From contig NW_005434650.1 of assembly GCF_000315625.1 (NCBI RefSeq), positions 130,736-194,735 of the forward strand: DNA of 64,000 bases. Direction: 5' to 3'. Shown here in pieces: positions 11,971 to 23,051 of the stretch; within the stretch, counting starts at the first letter, position 1; the number at the start of each line of letters is the position of its first letter. The DNA comes from Guillardia theta CCMP2712. Its lineage: Eukaryota; Protista; Cryptophyta. The translations under genes were made by a program, and so were the position numbers. Below the pieces are notes generated by a model that saw nothing but the letters and a program-made list of their open reading frames with translations, made no database searches and was not told where the DNA came from.

Positions 11971-13297
11971 ATGGACTGGAATGAAGGGAAACCCCCCGTG
12001 TCTCCTGCCTGGGATGCAGCGAACAACCACTTCATCGAGATGGAGAAGAGAAAACCCAGGAGGCTGCAGCCGAAAGATCCTGTCCCGCCTCGCACGATCG
12101 GGAGGGTGGTAGCAGGCCAAGTGAAGTGCTTCAACCAAACGCTTCTTGACGAGGTCACGCGACGAACGCACGAGGAGGAGGTGAGGGAGGAGAATGAGAA
12201 GTCGCAGCTGCGAGCCTCCAGGGCATCGCTCAAGAACAAGACGAGGGAAGACAGAGCTCAGGCGTTGATGGAATGGAGTCGAGCACAGAGAGAGTTGCAG
12301 TTGCAAGAGGAGAACAAACGGCGATTGATGTTTACGCAGAGGCGAGCGATGAAGCAGAAGATCAAGAATGAAGAAAAATTTCAAGAAAATTATCATACCT
12401 TGAAAGAAGAAGCAGAAACCTTCCTCGCCGATTTGGATGAATACCTTCACAACAAGCATATCGCATCACAACAGAAGCGCAAGGCATTGTACACAGAATG
12501 GAAAGAATGCGTTTTCAACAAGATTCAAGATCAGTTGTTGGATAAGATTGACACCATGGGGGAGGAGGAGATTGCTGCCAGGCGCAGAGACTTGTTCCAG
12601 AAATACATAGATGCGGCAAGGTGAGGGAGTTGCATGCGCTCTTATCTTGAAGCTTACGCTGCTGATCAGTGCGAAAGACGGAGGTCTGTTCCTCGATATA
12701 GTCATAGAGAACGAGTACAACCCCTTTGCCTGGAAGAAACACACCTTAAGGTCTCCTCCCCTCCCCTCCTCCCCCTCATTCCTCACTCACTCTCTCTCTT
12801 CAGGTACCGTGCCAAACCTGCTAAGCTCTCCAACGGCCCAGGCTTCACAGATCGCTTCGGCAATCCCGTCCCAGACCCCATCAAGCGCGACCTGGAGAAA
12901 ATGCAGGCAGAAGCCAAGGCAGCGAGATCAGTTGGCGGGGATGTTGTTCTCGAGCTCGAGGAAGAGAAGATCGGGCGCGAGATCCTGCCGCTTGATCGCT
13001 GGTCAAAGATCGAGGTGACTTGAAAGTTTCAGCGCGTTACTGGGTTTGTTCCTGACCGATGCTCAGGCTACTCCCTTCTTCGATCGGGCCGCAAAAGTGC
13101 AGGAGGCTATAGCCTCCGGTCTCCCAATCCCACCTCGAAAGGGAACGAAGTCATCGATCGTGAGTTGTCCCTTGCTCCTCCCCTTGCACACTGGGGTGAC
13201 GAGATGTGCAGGATCTCAATGACTTCCAGTTCCCCACCAGCGGACATGCGGTGACGAGAGAAATGCAGACAATCTACGGGAGGGGAAAGAGATGTAA
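11971..13297 (+). CDS. FAM228-like coiled-coil protein (multi-exon)
   Basis: Charged helical ORF. KRKALYTEWKECVFNKIQ and spliced GLFLDIVIENEYNPF resemble FAM228 family segments. GT-AG introns near 12621, 12751, 13015 and 13160. Confidence 0.6.
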
Positions 13298-13415
13298 CAA
13301 GCCACAGGATCACTCTTAGAAAACTTTCTACGTTTCTCAACTGCTTCTTGTCAAACGTCCCTCCACTCTCCCTCAATCTCATGCAACCATCCCATGACAA
13401 GAATCGGAATATGAT

Positions 13416-15106
13416 TCATTGAAGCATCGTTAAAATCTCGCCCGACGATGTCTCCACACAACGATCTCGCCAAAGCCGTGCGGGCCCGGACAATCCTCTA
13501 CGTTCCGTCGAACACGAGGAGGGCCGGGCACAATTAAGCCTATGACGACTTGACGTCCATCTTGGACATGGATTCTGACACTTCATCTGCGGCCTTCGAC
13601 TTCTCGTCTGTACCATGAGCTCAGTGTGATCAGAAGAATGAATATGACGGTCTCACCCTTGCCAGCCTGCGGTGAAGAGGATGATCCAGCTGATCCTCCG
13701 TCCTTGCCTTCTGGATGTCGATGAGCAGAATCTTTCGCCTCCTTCGCTTTTTGCGCCCGCTGGTGTGCACTGATAACTTCTGGGGCCCATGCAAGGCACG
13801 AGTCTAGCTGGGCATCGGGGGTGTCTCGGATAGAAGTCGCCTTCTGTGCCAGTTCGACTGGATCTTGCACAGGAGGGAGATACCTGGAGGTTTGGGTCAA
13901 ACACTCCTCGACAAGGACCAAGATAAAGGCATACGGAGGTGTCATCTTTCGAATAGAATCCCACTTGACATCTTGTAAGAATTCGCATTTCTTAAGCTCG
14001 CCAGCCTGCACAGAAATTGAGTTCGTTCTTCAAATATGTCGGACACACTCACGCCCTGCTTTGACCCCAGACGCTTCGAGGGTTCTCGTGCCAACAGCGC
14101 TCGAATCATCTTCTTGAAAGCGTTGCTTAGCTGTTCAGAATATCAGGCTGTAAAGCTTTACTCCATTCCGATCAACCTCAGGTTTTTCAGGGATGTTGAT
14201 CCGGTCCGATGAACAGATATTCGAGAATGTCGCGTGCTGAGTGTCGCCCTTGAAAGGAGTGAAGCCATACTGTAGGTATCGTCATACGTGACGTCTCCTT
14301 CACAGTAATCTTACAGCCATCTCGTAGATCAGAATTCCAAAGGTCCACCAGTCAACAGCCGAAGACTGCCCCGAGCCCTTGATAACTTCAGGCGCAATGT
14401 ACTCCTCCGTGCCCACAAAGGAGTTTGTGTCTATCATAATTTGTCCTGCTCCTGGCCTCTTATCTCCTCCAAACAGACCACTCATGAATGACTGCTTGAC
14501 AACTGGAGCTGTCACTGCGGCTTGCTTTGAAAGGTCGAAATCTGTTAACATGATGTGTCCACTTTCATGTAGCAAAATATTCTCGGGCTTCAGATCTCTA
14601 TAGATGAATCCGCAGGTGTGCAAGTATTCTAATTACAAATGAAGGATCAGGATGGGCGAGAGAGGTTTCAACATTTCAGACCTAAGGCAAGGAGCACTTC
14701 TGCGGCATAGAAGCGCACCCAGTCTTCTGGAATTCTGCGCTCAGGCTGACTCTTCAGCATCCTGAAGAATTCTCCGCCCGCACAGTAATCCATGACGAGG
14801 AAGAGGTGATCAGGGCTTTGAAAGCAATAGTAGAGCGTGACAATGAAGGGATAATCCACTGTAGCAAGGATTTCCCTTTCGGTGAGACATCGCTTTAGCT
14901 GCACACAGGAACGAAAACATTGTCAACAATCTATTTCATAGAAGAAAGAAGGGGCCAACCTTATTTCTTGCAATCATTTCCTGCTTCGACAAGACTTTCA
15001 TCGCAAAATAGTTCGTGCTGTTCTTCAGGCGAACCAGATAAACCTTTCCAACATCTCCTTGCCCAATCAGCTTGATCCTCTCGAAGTCCTGCGGGCCTGC
15101 ATGCAT
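13416..15106 (-). CDS. AGC kinase of the Fpk1/Kin82/NRC-2/AGCVIII (phototropin-kinase-like) group, no LOV domains
   Basis: [73 protein letters not shown] (DFD variant typical of this group), [30 protein letters not shown]. Start codon uncertain. Confidence 0.9.
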
Positions 15107-17450
15107 GGGTTATGACAAATGTAGATATGAGTCATGCTGGATAGGTCTAGGCGAGCATTGCCCCAGGAAGGATCGAGGATAGAACGAATTGCATTTCTCG
15201 AAATCTTCAACTATCTAGTTTCCTCTACAGTCGTGAACTCCAATTTTTTTTTTTTGCTATCCTTGACAGGGACTAACAGCGTTCACGAATCCCCTCAAGG
15301 GATTCAAAGACTATCTTGCCGACTCTTGGCGATCAATCCTATTCGTTTTGAAAAGTCTTTTCCTCCCACAGCCGCCACTCTGCCCTTGGAGTTGAAGACA
15401 TCCCTACAACCTTTTCGGCATTTCATCTCCCTTTCCCTACTTTGTCGCGCCTATCTGAGCTCAATGCACCGCAGGAGGTCCATTGAGGCATTATCCCCCC
15501 CTCTCTCCTCTCATCGCTTCTTACCGACTTTCTTGGGCAGCGCTTGACACTCCTTCCCCTCCGACGCCATCCCCTGCCGCTTCGCCCCCCCCTCCCCCCC
15601 ACTGACCCCACCCCCTACCCCTACCCCCTCATGAAACACCTTGTGCTTGGACCCATAGTCCAGGACCTCCCAACCCCCCAGTACCTACCTACCAACATCA
15701 CAACTCGTTCAACAAGAGAAAAGTACCCCATATTTTTACATATCCTAGTGGTACTTCACACCCCTCCCTCTCACATATGACCCCTGTTATGTATCCGTCG
15801 ACATGCCACCACCCCATTCTAATCATTTGTACCCGTGCTATCGTAATAATTCACCCACCCATACCCCTCACTATGCACCCGTGGCTGTTCTACAACCCCT
15901 ACCCACTACTACCATATCTCCTCGTCCTTCAACACACTAGAATTATCAATTACTACCCCCCCTTTCTACCCCTACTACCCACATGTTTTCATGCTCCACG
16001 CCGACTCCTCCTTCTTCCATACCTCTGCACCCCTCGTGGGGTTGTCCACCCCTCCCACTACATCTGTACTCACTAACACCCCACCAAGGTATACCCCATG
16101 CTCTACCATACAAAATTTCATGATACTACCCTACCCCTCTAGCTTCGAGTGTATACCCTACCCCATCAAGTGAAAATTTTCGCTACCCACCCTGTAGGAA
16201 GAAATTGACTACCCCACGAAAATCAACTGACCATGGGCGAACCTCTCAGGACCTCATGGTTTCTACCCCACATGAGTACCCCACCACCCCACCACCCTCT
16301 TTATTTCTATCACCCCTATCCACATATATGGGACCACCTGCAAAAGTACCCACCTCACTAAAGACGAGGTCAATCTCTACCCCTTACCCCCCTTGCTGTA
16401 GTGAGGCTGTTGGGGAGGAAGGGGTGAGGTCCTACCTTCCAACCACCCAGGGTCCTGTTATAGCCACCAAGCAATCCCGGTGGGTGGGTCCTTACCCTAC
16501 CGGTTTACTACTCACTCCCTCCTACGTCTCTTCCTAGAACAGGATATGAAGGTCCTAGGACGCGGTAAAATACTAAGACCAGGCAATAGGGGGTACGTCA
16601 GCTCCCTCTCAAACTACCCCCTCCTTGCTGCTGATGATGTGCAGGGGTTACGAGATGGCACACTCTGTCAGTGTGGACCACCCCTACCTGCATGCGGTTG
16701 TTCCAACCACCCCAACATTGTTCACTGGCCCTGCACCCTGCCCCCTCCTACTGAACCTGCTTAACTCTTCAGGGTGGGTACCCCTACCCCACTTATCTCT
16801 TTAGCTGGCGGCCGCCAACCAAGAAAATTTATAAAAGTTACGTTTTAGTGGTGAATAATAAAAAGCTTATAAATAGGTAAGTACTGTATTGTTTGTACCT
16901 TTCCAGCAGTTTGTTACGACTAAAGTATATCACAAGGTACCTGTTGTGGATTGTACTTCAAGGCCTTTGATGTACCTCATAACAATCTTGTTTTAGGAAA
17001 ATTTGTAAAGGTATGTATAGATATATAAATTCTGACACAGATCAGGTACACCTTAAATTATTTTGTCACATATTGAAGATTTTAGCTCTTTATTACAGCC
17101 CGCCCCCCCCCCTTGTCGAGCGCTGTTCTCTGGCGCCTCCTTTCTCCGTTCATCCTCCACTTGTTCGTCCCTTCTCGCCCTCCCTGTCATCCTTTCATCT
17201 CCTCTTAGAGTTAGCATTTATTTCGGCTGTCTTGCCGAATCTTGTACTGACACTTCAGGTCTCTGAATCCCTTCACATCCGTTTTGCCGGTCACACTTTG
17301 TACAAGTTGACCCTCTGGCATTGAAGGACCATCTTTGACCCTCGCGCAATCGACAGATCGCATAGTGCTTGCAGTCTACCTTGACTGTTGAACGCTGCTA
17401 GGAGAGCCTGTCTTGTTGATTGAAACGATACCGAGTGGAATTGCAAGAGG

Positions 17451-17978
17451 ATGACTTGTACTCTTCTTCAATGGGTGGCAATCTTTGCTTTTGTTGCAAT
17501 GTGCACTGGATTTTCTTTCAACGGAGGGGCTTTGTTGAAGACATCTTGTAGCTTATCAAGGTCATCTCGTATGAGTTCAGATGGATCATGCAGAATTCGG
17601 AATCGGCCAAGGCAACACATCAGGATGGAAGGAGGAGCAGCATCGACTGGTGCTGCAAAGTCCTACTTGAACAAGATCCCGGCACATCTTCAAGGCTTGG
17701 CAATCAGGAACGTGAAGTCTAATCCTGTTAGAGATTGGGTCGTCAAAAAAGATGATGATGAGGTCCACAATATTCAGAAGGAACTGGATGAGGAGGAGGA
17801 AGATCACATTGACTTTGCTATGGAGATTCTAGAAGAGCTTTCTGACGATCTCAAACCTCGCTTGCATGATTACAATATCGATCTAGAAGATGCAGCCGTC
17901 CTGAGAGAGTTACGCCGGAGCATGAATCCAGAGGACTTCCAGAAAATCTTTGGTCGTGGTGTTGGCGACCTTCTTTGA
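17451..17978 (+). CDS. Hypothetical protein with predicted plastid targeting
   Basis: Signal peptide ending CTG-F, then a Ser/Arg-rich transit peptide and an acidic helical mature domain ending PEDFQKIFGRGVGDLL. Intronless. Confidence 0.7.
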   Translation: MTCTLLQWVAIFAFVAMCTGFSFNGGALLKTSCSLSRSSRMSSDGSCRIRNRPRQHIRMEGGAASTGAAKSYLNKIPAHLQGLAIRNVKSNPVRDWVVKKDDDEVHNIQKELDEEEEDHIDFAMEILEELSDDLKPRLHDYNIDLEDAAVLRELRRSMNPEDFQKIFGRGVGDLL

Positions 17979-18277
17979 GGAGCATGGGTGTTGAGGAATT
18001 GTTTGAATTTTTTTCGTTACATCATGAGTAGAGATATGCCATTACGGCTAATGTGCAATAAGTAGTTCTGATTATCGATATTTTTGTTTCTGTGACAATA
18101 CAAGGACGAAAAATATGTTGGGTGATGAATCTTCACATCGCACACAGCAGCAAATAAATCCAACGTTTCGATTATCAACCGAAGAACAGAATCTGTTCAA
18201 TCTTACGACGTTACAACAGGTGCAAAACAGACTACGAGTATTCTTCGTGGTGGACCGAAATATAGCGGAGCACATCT

Positions 18278-18883
18278 TCAATCCAACGTGTCTCCAGTTC
18301 GACTGCGCTTCGCGTCGCTTCCTCCTTCTCCTCGGAGCATCGCCGCCCTTTTCTCAACCTCTTCGTCCTCTTCTGCGTCTGCAGCCCTTTTGGATCCACC
18401 CGCCCTACCTTCGATGTTGCTGTTCCACCAGATAGGAGCTCCTTTGTCGCAGGAAGCGCAACTGATGCACCCCGTTACGACAGATGGAGTGATCTTTCCG
18501 CTGCGCAAACGGAGGGGCACCCTGCAAACGTTTGTGGTGCCAAAGTTTGTGGATCCTTTGTTGATAGCAGCCAGAGAGCAGAGGAATTCGTACCCTGGTT
18601 TCTTCCACTTAGCCATTAGATTTCCATCCACCACCTTCTCTCGGATACAGAAATCAAGGAGCTCTCTCGAGATCTCCTTTTTGGTGTAATAAAGCTCATA
18701 GATGTACCTGCTCTTCTCATAATGAATCCTGTGGATGGGCCATGTCGACTCATGCTTGCGTTTCCCTTCATGCGATTCGTTTACGGCATCTTTCATCCTG
18801 TTCTCAAACATTTCCAAGGTTGGAAGAACCTCGTCCCAACCTTCTGGAGCCTTCTTGGACAATCGCTGGAGGTTTGTCGACAT
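18278..18883 (-). CDS. BUD31: BUD31/G10 family protein (divergent Cys pattern)
   Basis: PEGWDEVLPTL, HEGKRKHESTWPIHRIHYEKSRYIYELYY, ISRELLDFC, DGNLMAKWKKPGYE, NFGT..CRVP. Confidence 0.92.
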   Translation of the reverse strand: MSTNLQRLSKKAPEGWDEVLPTLEMFENRMKDAVNESHEGKRKHESTWPIHRIHYEKSRYIYELYYTKKEISRELLDFCIREKVVDGNLMAKWKKPGYEFLCSLAAINKGSTNFGTTNVCRVPLRLRSGKITPSVVTGCISCASCDKGAPIWWNSNIEGRAGGSKRAADAEEDEEVEKRAAMLRGEGGSDAKRSRTGDTLD

Positions 18884-19331
18884 GCTTGCAACTCAAGCTG
18901 TAGCAATCTGTAGCGGCTAGAACGAAAGGACAAGCGCGGGGGGGCAGGGGAGGGTCAACAACCAAGCAGCAGGGAGAGCGGAAAGGCGAGGGGGAGGTTG
19001 TGAAGGGCGTGGAAAGCGTGAAGACAAGGGGGTGGGTGGAGAATGCTTGGGTGATGCTGGTCTGCATGGGGGGTGATACAGCCTCCTTGCAAGGGTAGTA
19101 CTTCTAGAAGAGGGTGGGTAGTCAATTGGTCCTAGGAAGCTCTGGAGGTCTTACATCTGCTAGTGTCCCAAGATACCCAGGTAGGACAACCGTTACACGA
19201 GTCCAGCTCCGTTATGTGTTTACTATTACTCCATGAGGCGGACCCGACGGAGGTGAAAATTGCACCCCATCCCCTCTCATACCCCTCATCGATTCCCCTG
19301 GACTTGTTCTGGATTTCCGGAGGCTAGCACA

Positions 19332-20551
19332 ATGAGCGAGTCGCTCTTCTCCATGCTCATGCGCGTCCGGCCGGGCAACTTTCCCGAGCAGGTGAGGATG
19401 GAAGGAGGGAGAGAGGAGGGAGAGAGGAGGGAGAGAGGAGGGAGAGAGGAGGGAGAGGAGGGAGAGAGGAGGGAGAGAGGAGGGAGAGCGGAGGGAGAGC
19501 GGAGGGAGAGAGGAGGGAGAAGGGAGGGAGAGAGGAGGGAGAGAGGAGGGAGAGAGGAGGGAGAGAGGAGGGAGAGAGGAGGGAGAGAGGAGGGAGAGAG
19601 GAGGGAGAGAGGAGGTGTGAAGTCATCGAGAGGATGGTATCAGCCAGTAGGATGGTGCCAAGTTGATGCTGACGTCACTTCCTAATCTGACCATGTTGCC
19701 AAGATTGTGTACGAGGACGAGAAGGTCATGGCGTTCTTGGACAAGTTCCCTCAGGTGGTTACACGAGAATGATAGGAGCTACTCACTTGCATGGCTGACA
19801 AGAGGCTCAGGTTGACGGGCACACCTTAGTGGTTCCAAAGGAGCAGGTGGAAAAGGTTCACGAGATGAGTGGGGAGACAGCAGCCGCTGTTGGCGCTGCC
19901 TTGTCCAAGGTTGCGGCGAAAGTAGTAGCTGTAAGTTGTTTTCCTCCTCTTCTCAGAATTATGCCTGTCCTCCCGCCCCCACTGCGTCCTTTTTCTGCAC
20001 TTCGAACTCTTCGCTACCTCCTCTAGTGGTGGAGATTGTTGTTGGTGGTCAGGATGAAAGCGTCAAAGATGAGGAATCGATGATGCAAAAGATTTGTATG
20101 TTTGTAAGGATTATGTAGAGGTAGTGGTATACATGGGAAAGAAAGGACTGAGGCAAAACTGAGCAAGTTGTTGTTGATATTGCTGCACTGAGAGTTGCCG
20201 AGCAGGCAACTGGGTGTGCAGATTACAATGTTATCTGCAACAACGGCAAGATCTCAGGTCAAGAGGTTCCTCACGTGCACTTTCACATCATCCCGAGAAG
20301 GGAAGGAGACTACACCAGCAGCTGGGCAAAGGCAAGCACCCTCTCTTACCGTTTCCTGAGACGTTGATGTCCGCAAGCAGAGCATCGAAGAAAACAGAGC
20401 GACGGGCAACCCGCGCCCAGAGAAGCTGCCGGATGAAGGCGAGTATTGTTGCTTGCTGTTGATGATGTTTGGTCTAGTTGATCCTGACTCCATCACTGCA
20501 GGTGCCTTCACGGGCAAACTGGCAACTATGCGCGACGCGATCCGTTCTTGA
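19332..20551 (+). CDS. HIT (histidine triad, HINT-like) nucleotide-binding protein
   Basis: Spliced reading: MSESLFSML...|IVYEDEKVMAFLDKFPQ|VDGHTLVVPKE...|YNVICNNGKISGQEVPHVHFHIIPRR, containing the HxHxH triad. Confidence 0.92.
19400..19615. repeat. Purine-rich (GGAGAGAGGAG-type) tandem repeat in HIT intron 1
   Basis: Direct reading of the sequence. Confidence 0.9.
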
Positions 20552-21830
20552 AGTTCTATTCCCCTGACATGGCGATTGAGCGCAAGGAGAAAGACGATCG
20601 GATCAGCAAGTACTTGTTGTTGTCACTCTGATACGCTTCATAAAGCTGTGAACTAGAGCTCCGTGTCGGATGACTTGAGAAATACCTGACGGTCAGCGTG
20701 TAGTAAGCCGCCGACGGTCCCTGAGGGACCGTACATTCAATCTACCTGCCGGCCCATCCGGTTTGAGCGGTGAATTCACGATGGGTCACCATGCCGCAGC
20801 TACAGTCAAATGGAGAGGACAGACTCTCAGAAAGGAGAATGGACGAAAGGATAACAGTAATGCGCCGTGCGTCCGTCATTACCTGCGGCGGAATGTGTTG
20901 TCACTGGCCACTGAGACACTGTCAAGCCTCAGGGAGCCTCACTGTATCATGTCGCCCTGATGCCGTTGAAGCAGCCGTGACCCTCTGCGCCTGACCATGG
21001 GCTGACAGCCGACGGTGTCCAGTACTGATGTCTGCTGCCGGATCGATTCCACGGTCAGCGCACTGCGGCAGCAACTTCGAAGGATCGGATCAGTGTCACT
21101 GCCGAATGCTTCTTGACGATTTCAAATGATCCTTTCAAATTACACATGTAACATTTGTAATTTTGATACAAAAATTTCAAAACAATCCCGGAGTGGAGGC
21201 TCATCTGTAATGCCAGCCTGCAAATGCGTCAGCCTCGTTCAGCAGCGATCTCCATGGCTGTCTCGACTCCTTGCTCCTCCCTGTCCTACTGGATGACGCA
21301 TGGCTCTCACTGAACTTCTCCTTTGTCTCCCTTCTTGTCATGATGAATTCGTTTCATGAAAAGTTTGATGATGACCTAGAAATGTTTGTTCCAGCTGTGG
21401 ACATGTTAGTTCGCTCCAGGGTGCCTCTGTTCAGGGTGAGCAAGCTGTCAAAAAAATTTGAGTTTTCGTACGACTCGACATGATAAGAGCAAGCAGAATC
21501 AGAGTGGTGTTGAAGATCGTGTGCTTTCAGCTCCAATCTATGTCCTTATCCTCATCCTGAGATGGATTGAAGGTGATGTTTCGTAAGCTTCTAACCCTTC
21601 CTTGTGAGCTCATACATCATATCTAATATAATGCGAAATCCAAATTCACAACTATACATGATCATCTTTTTCGTACCGGCTATCATACGGAGTACTGATG
21701 GAGTACTGAACTCGTGGAAGTCTAGTCTATGGGTTGCATCAGCTTGAACACATACAGAAAACAGATGGCTTCTTCTTAGCAATGGGGATTTTGTTTCGTT
21801 TGAATCGTATGTGCCAGAATTGTTGGATCT

Positions 21831-22125
21831 ATGTCCAGTACCAACCCTGTTGACGACGAAGAGGATGTAACCGTTCGCGTTGTTGGTGAAGCTGTCCAAG
21901 TAACCCGAATGCAGGTCATTGACGGTGTAATCCGGAGGACAGGATGTGAAGAAGAGTACAAGGCGATGGAAAATTGTTTGAGCTTCGACACTAATCGTGA
22001 CTTCCGTGCGTGTGCTCAAGTACGTTATTGAGTGAAGCTCATCACAACTGATGCTAACAGTTATGCGGCAGGTAATGAAGCAGTTTCAAGATTGTTTGAA
22101 TGCAAAGCAGAAAGACAAGCGATGA
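21831..22125 (+). CDS. COA4: Twin CX9C mitochondrial intermembrane-space protein, COA4/CMC3-like
   Basis: IRRTGCEEEYKAMENCLSFDTNRDFRACAQ|VMKQFQDCLNAKQ; intron 22020-22071. Confidence 0.8.
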
Positions 22126-22282
22126 ATCAATAAACATAAACCGCAAATCACTTGAAATATTCGTATTATCCTTATCATCCTTCGACATGTTCGAAACAAA
22201 GATCAAATTCATTGGCTTTAATGTCATTCTGACCCAGAATTTCGAGCATCGGACGACGCATTCTCGAAGTAGAGCATGCAAT

Positions 22283-23051
22283 TTATCCACCAAATCCGAA
22301 GAGACCACCCTTCTTCTTGTCCTGCAGATTCAAACATCACACCACATTCACTGAGAAAACATGAAGAGCCGCTTACGTTGCTCTTGGCGTCAGCCTTCTT
22401 GTCAGCCTTCTTGGAGAACAAGCCCTGATCATGTTTGAGCGATGCAAGAAGATTAGTGAAAAGGTTCTATTCTATACCCCCTTGTCCTCGGACGCCGCTG
22501 GGGCACTGCCAACAGCATCGCTGAAACAAATGCATATGAGCGAGCGAGTTAGGTCATATACATTTCTGCTGACCTCCTCACAACTCCCCTGAAGTCACCA
22601 TCAATCCCCTTGGCCCTGTAAGAGATGAACTCTTGGAGGGCAGCAGCAGCCTCGGTCTCGCTGACAGTGATCTTGCTGAGAGCAACCTTCACGCAGCGGT
22701 TGTCGTCCTCGTCGCCGGAAGCGGGTCCGACGTACTCCTTGGGGGCACGATCGCAGAACCTGTTCCCATAGCCATCAACCATGGGCCAAAACGACTACCG
22801 GGCAACAAAAGAGATGGATGAAGAAGTCATAGTGCAGTAACTCACTGGTGATCGAAGGTGGTGATGACGGGAGCAAGGGAGTCCTTGGGGTAATATGCAC
22901 CAGCCGGCTTGGCCTTCAGGAATGGAGCAACGGCGGCGGCGGCAGCTCCAGTCTGAACGACCTCTCTACGTCCCATGTCCATGGACATGGAGGGGGAAAA
23001 GGCGGCGGCAGAGCCGAGCATGGCGGTGGCGAGCACTGCGCGGGAGAGCAT
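22283..23051 (-). CDS. cpeA: Cryptophyte phycoerythrin alpha subunit with C-terminal extension (5 exons)
   Basis: Signal peptide ...SAAA-F, short transit peptide, twin-Arg lumenal signal RREVVQTGAAAAAVAPF...PAGA. Mature protein DSLAPVITTFDH|QFCDRAPKEYVGPASGDEDDNRCVKV...AAAALQEFISYRAKGIDGDF. Intron 22760-22845 plus three short 3' introns. Confidence 0.95.

Noticed and set aside
15544-16764. Several Pro/Thr/Tyr-rich short ORFs
   Set aside because: By-products of the C-rich TACCCC tract; no domain or splice support.
6562-18883. CWC22 and BUD31 as a spliceosomal gene cluster
   Set aside because: They are separated by four unrelated genes; this is expected by chance in a gene-dense genome.
19260-19685. 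EGERRERGGR repeat ORF
   Set aside because: Translation of the purine repeat within HIT intron 1.
21200-21760. Possible small minus-strand gene (ending ...LLNEADAFAGWHYR*)
   Set aside because: I could not build a consistent exon chain or recognise a family; left uncalled.
22549-22782. ORF MVDGYGNRFCDRAPKEY as a separate gene or an insertion in the alpha subunit
   Set aside because: Its first residues lie in intron 22760-22845; it is exon 2 of cpeA.
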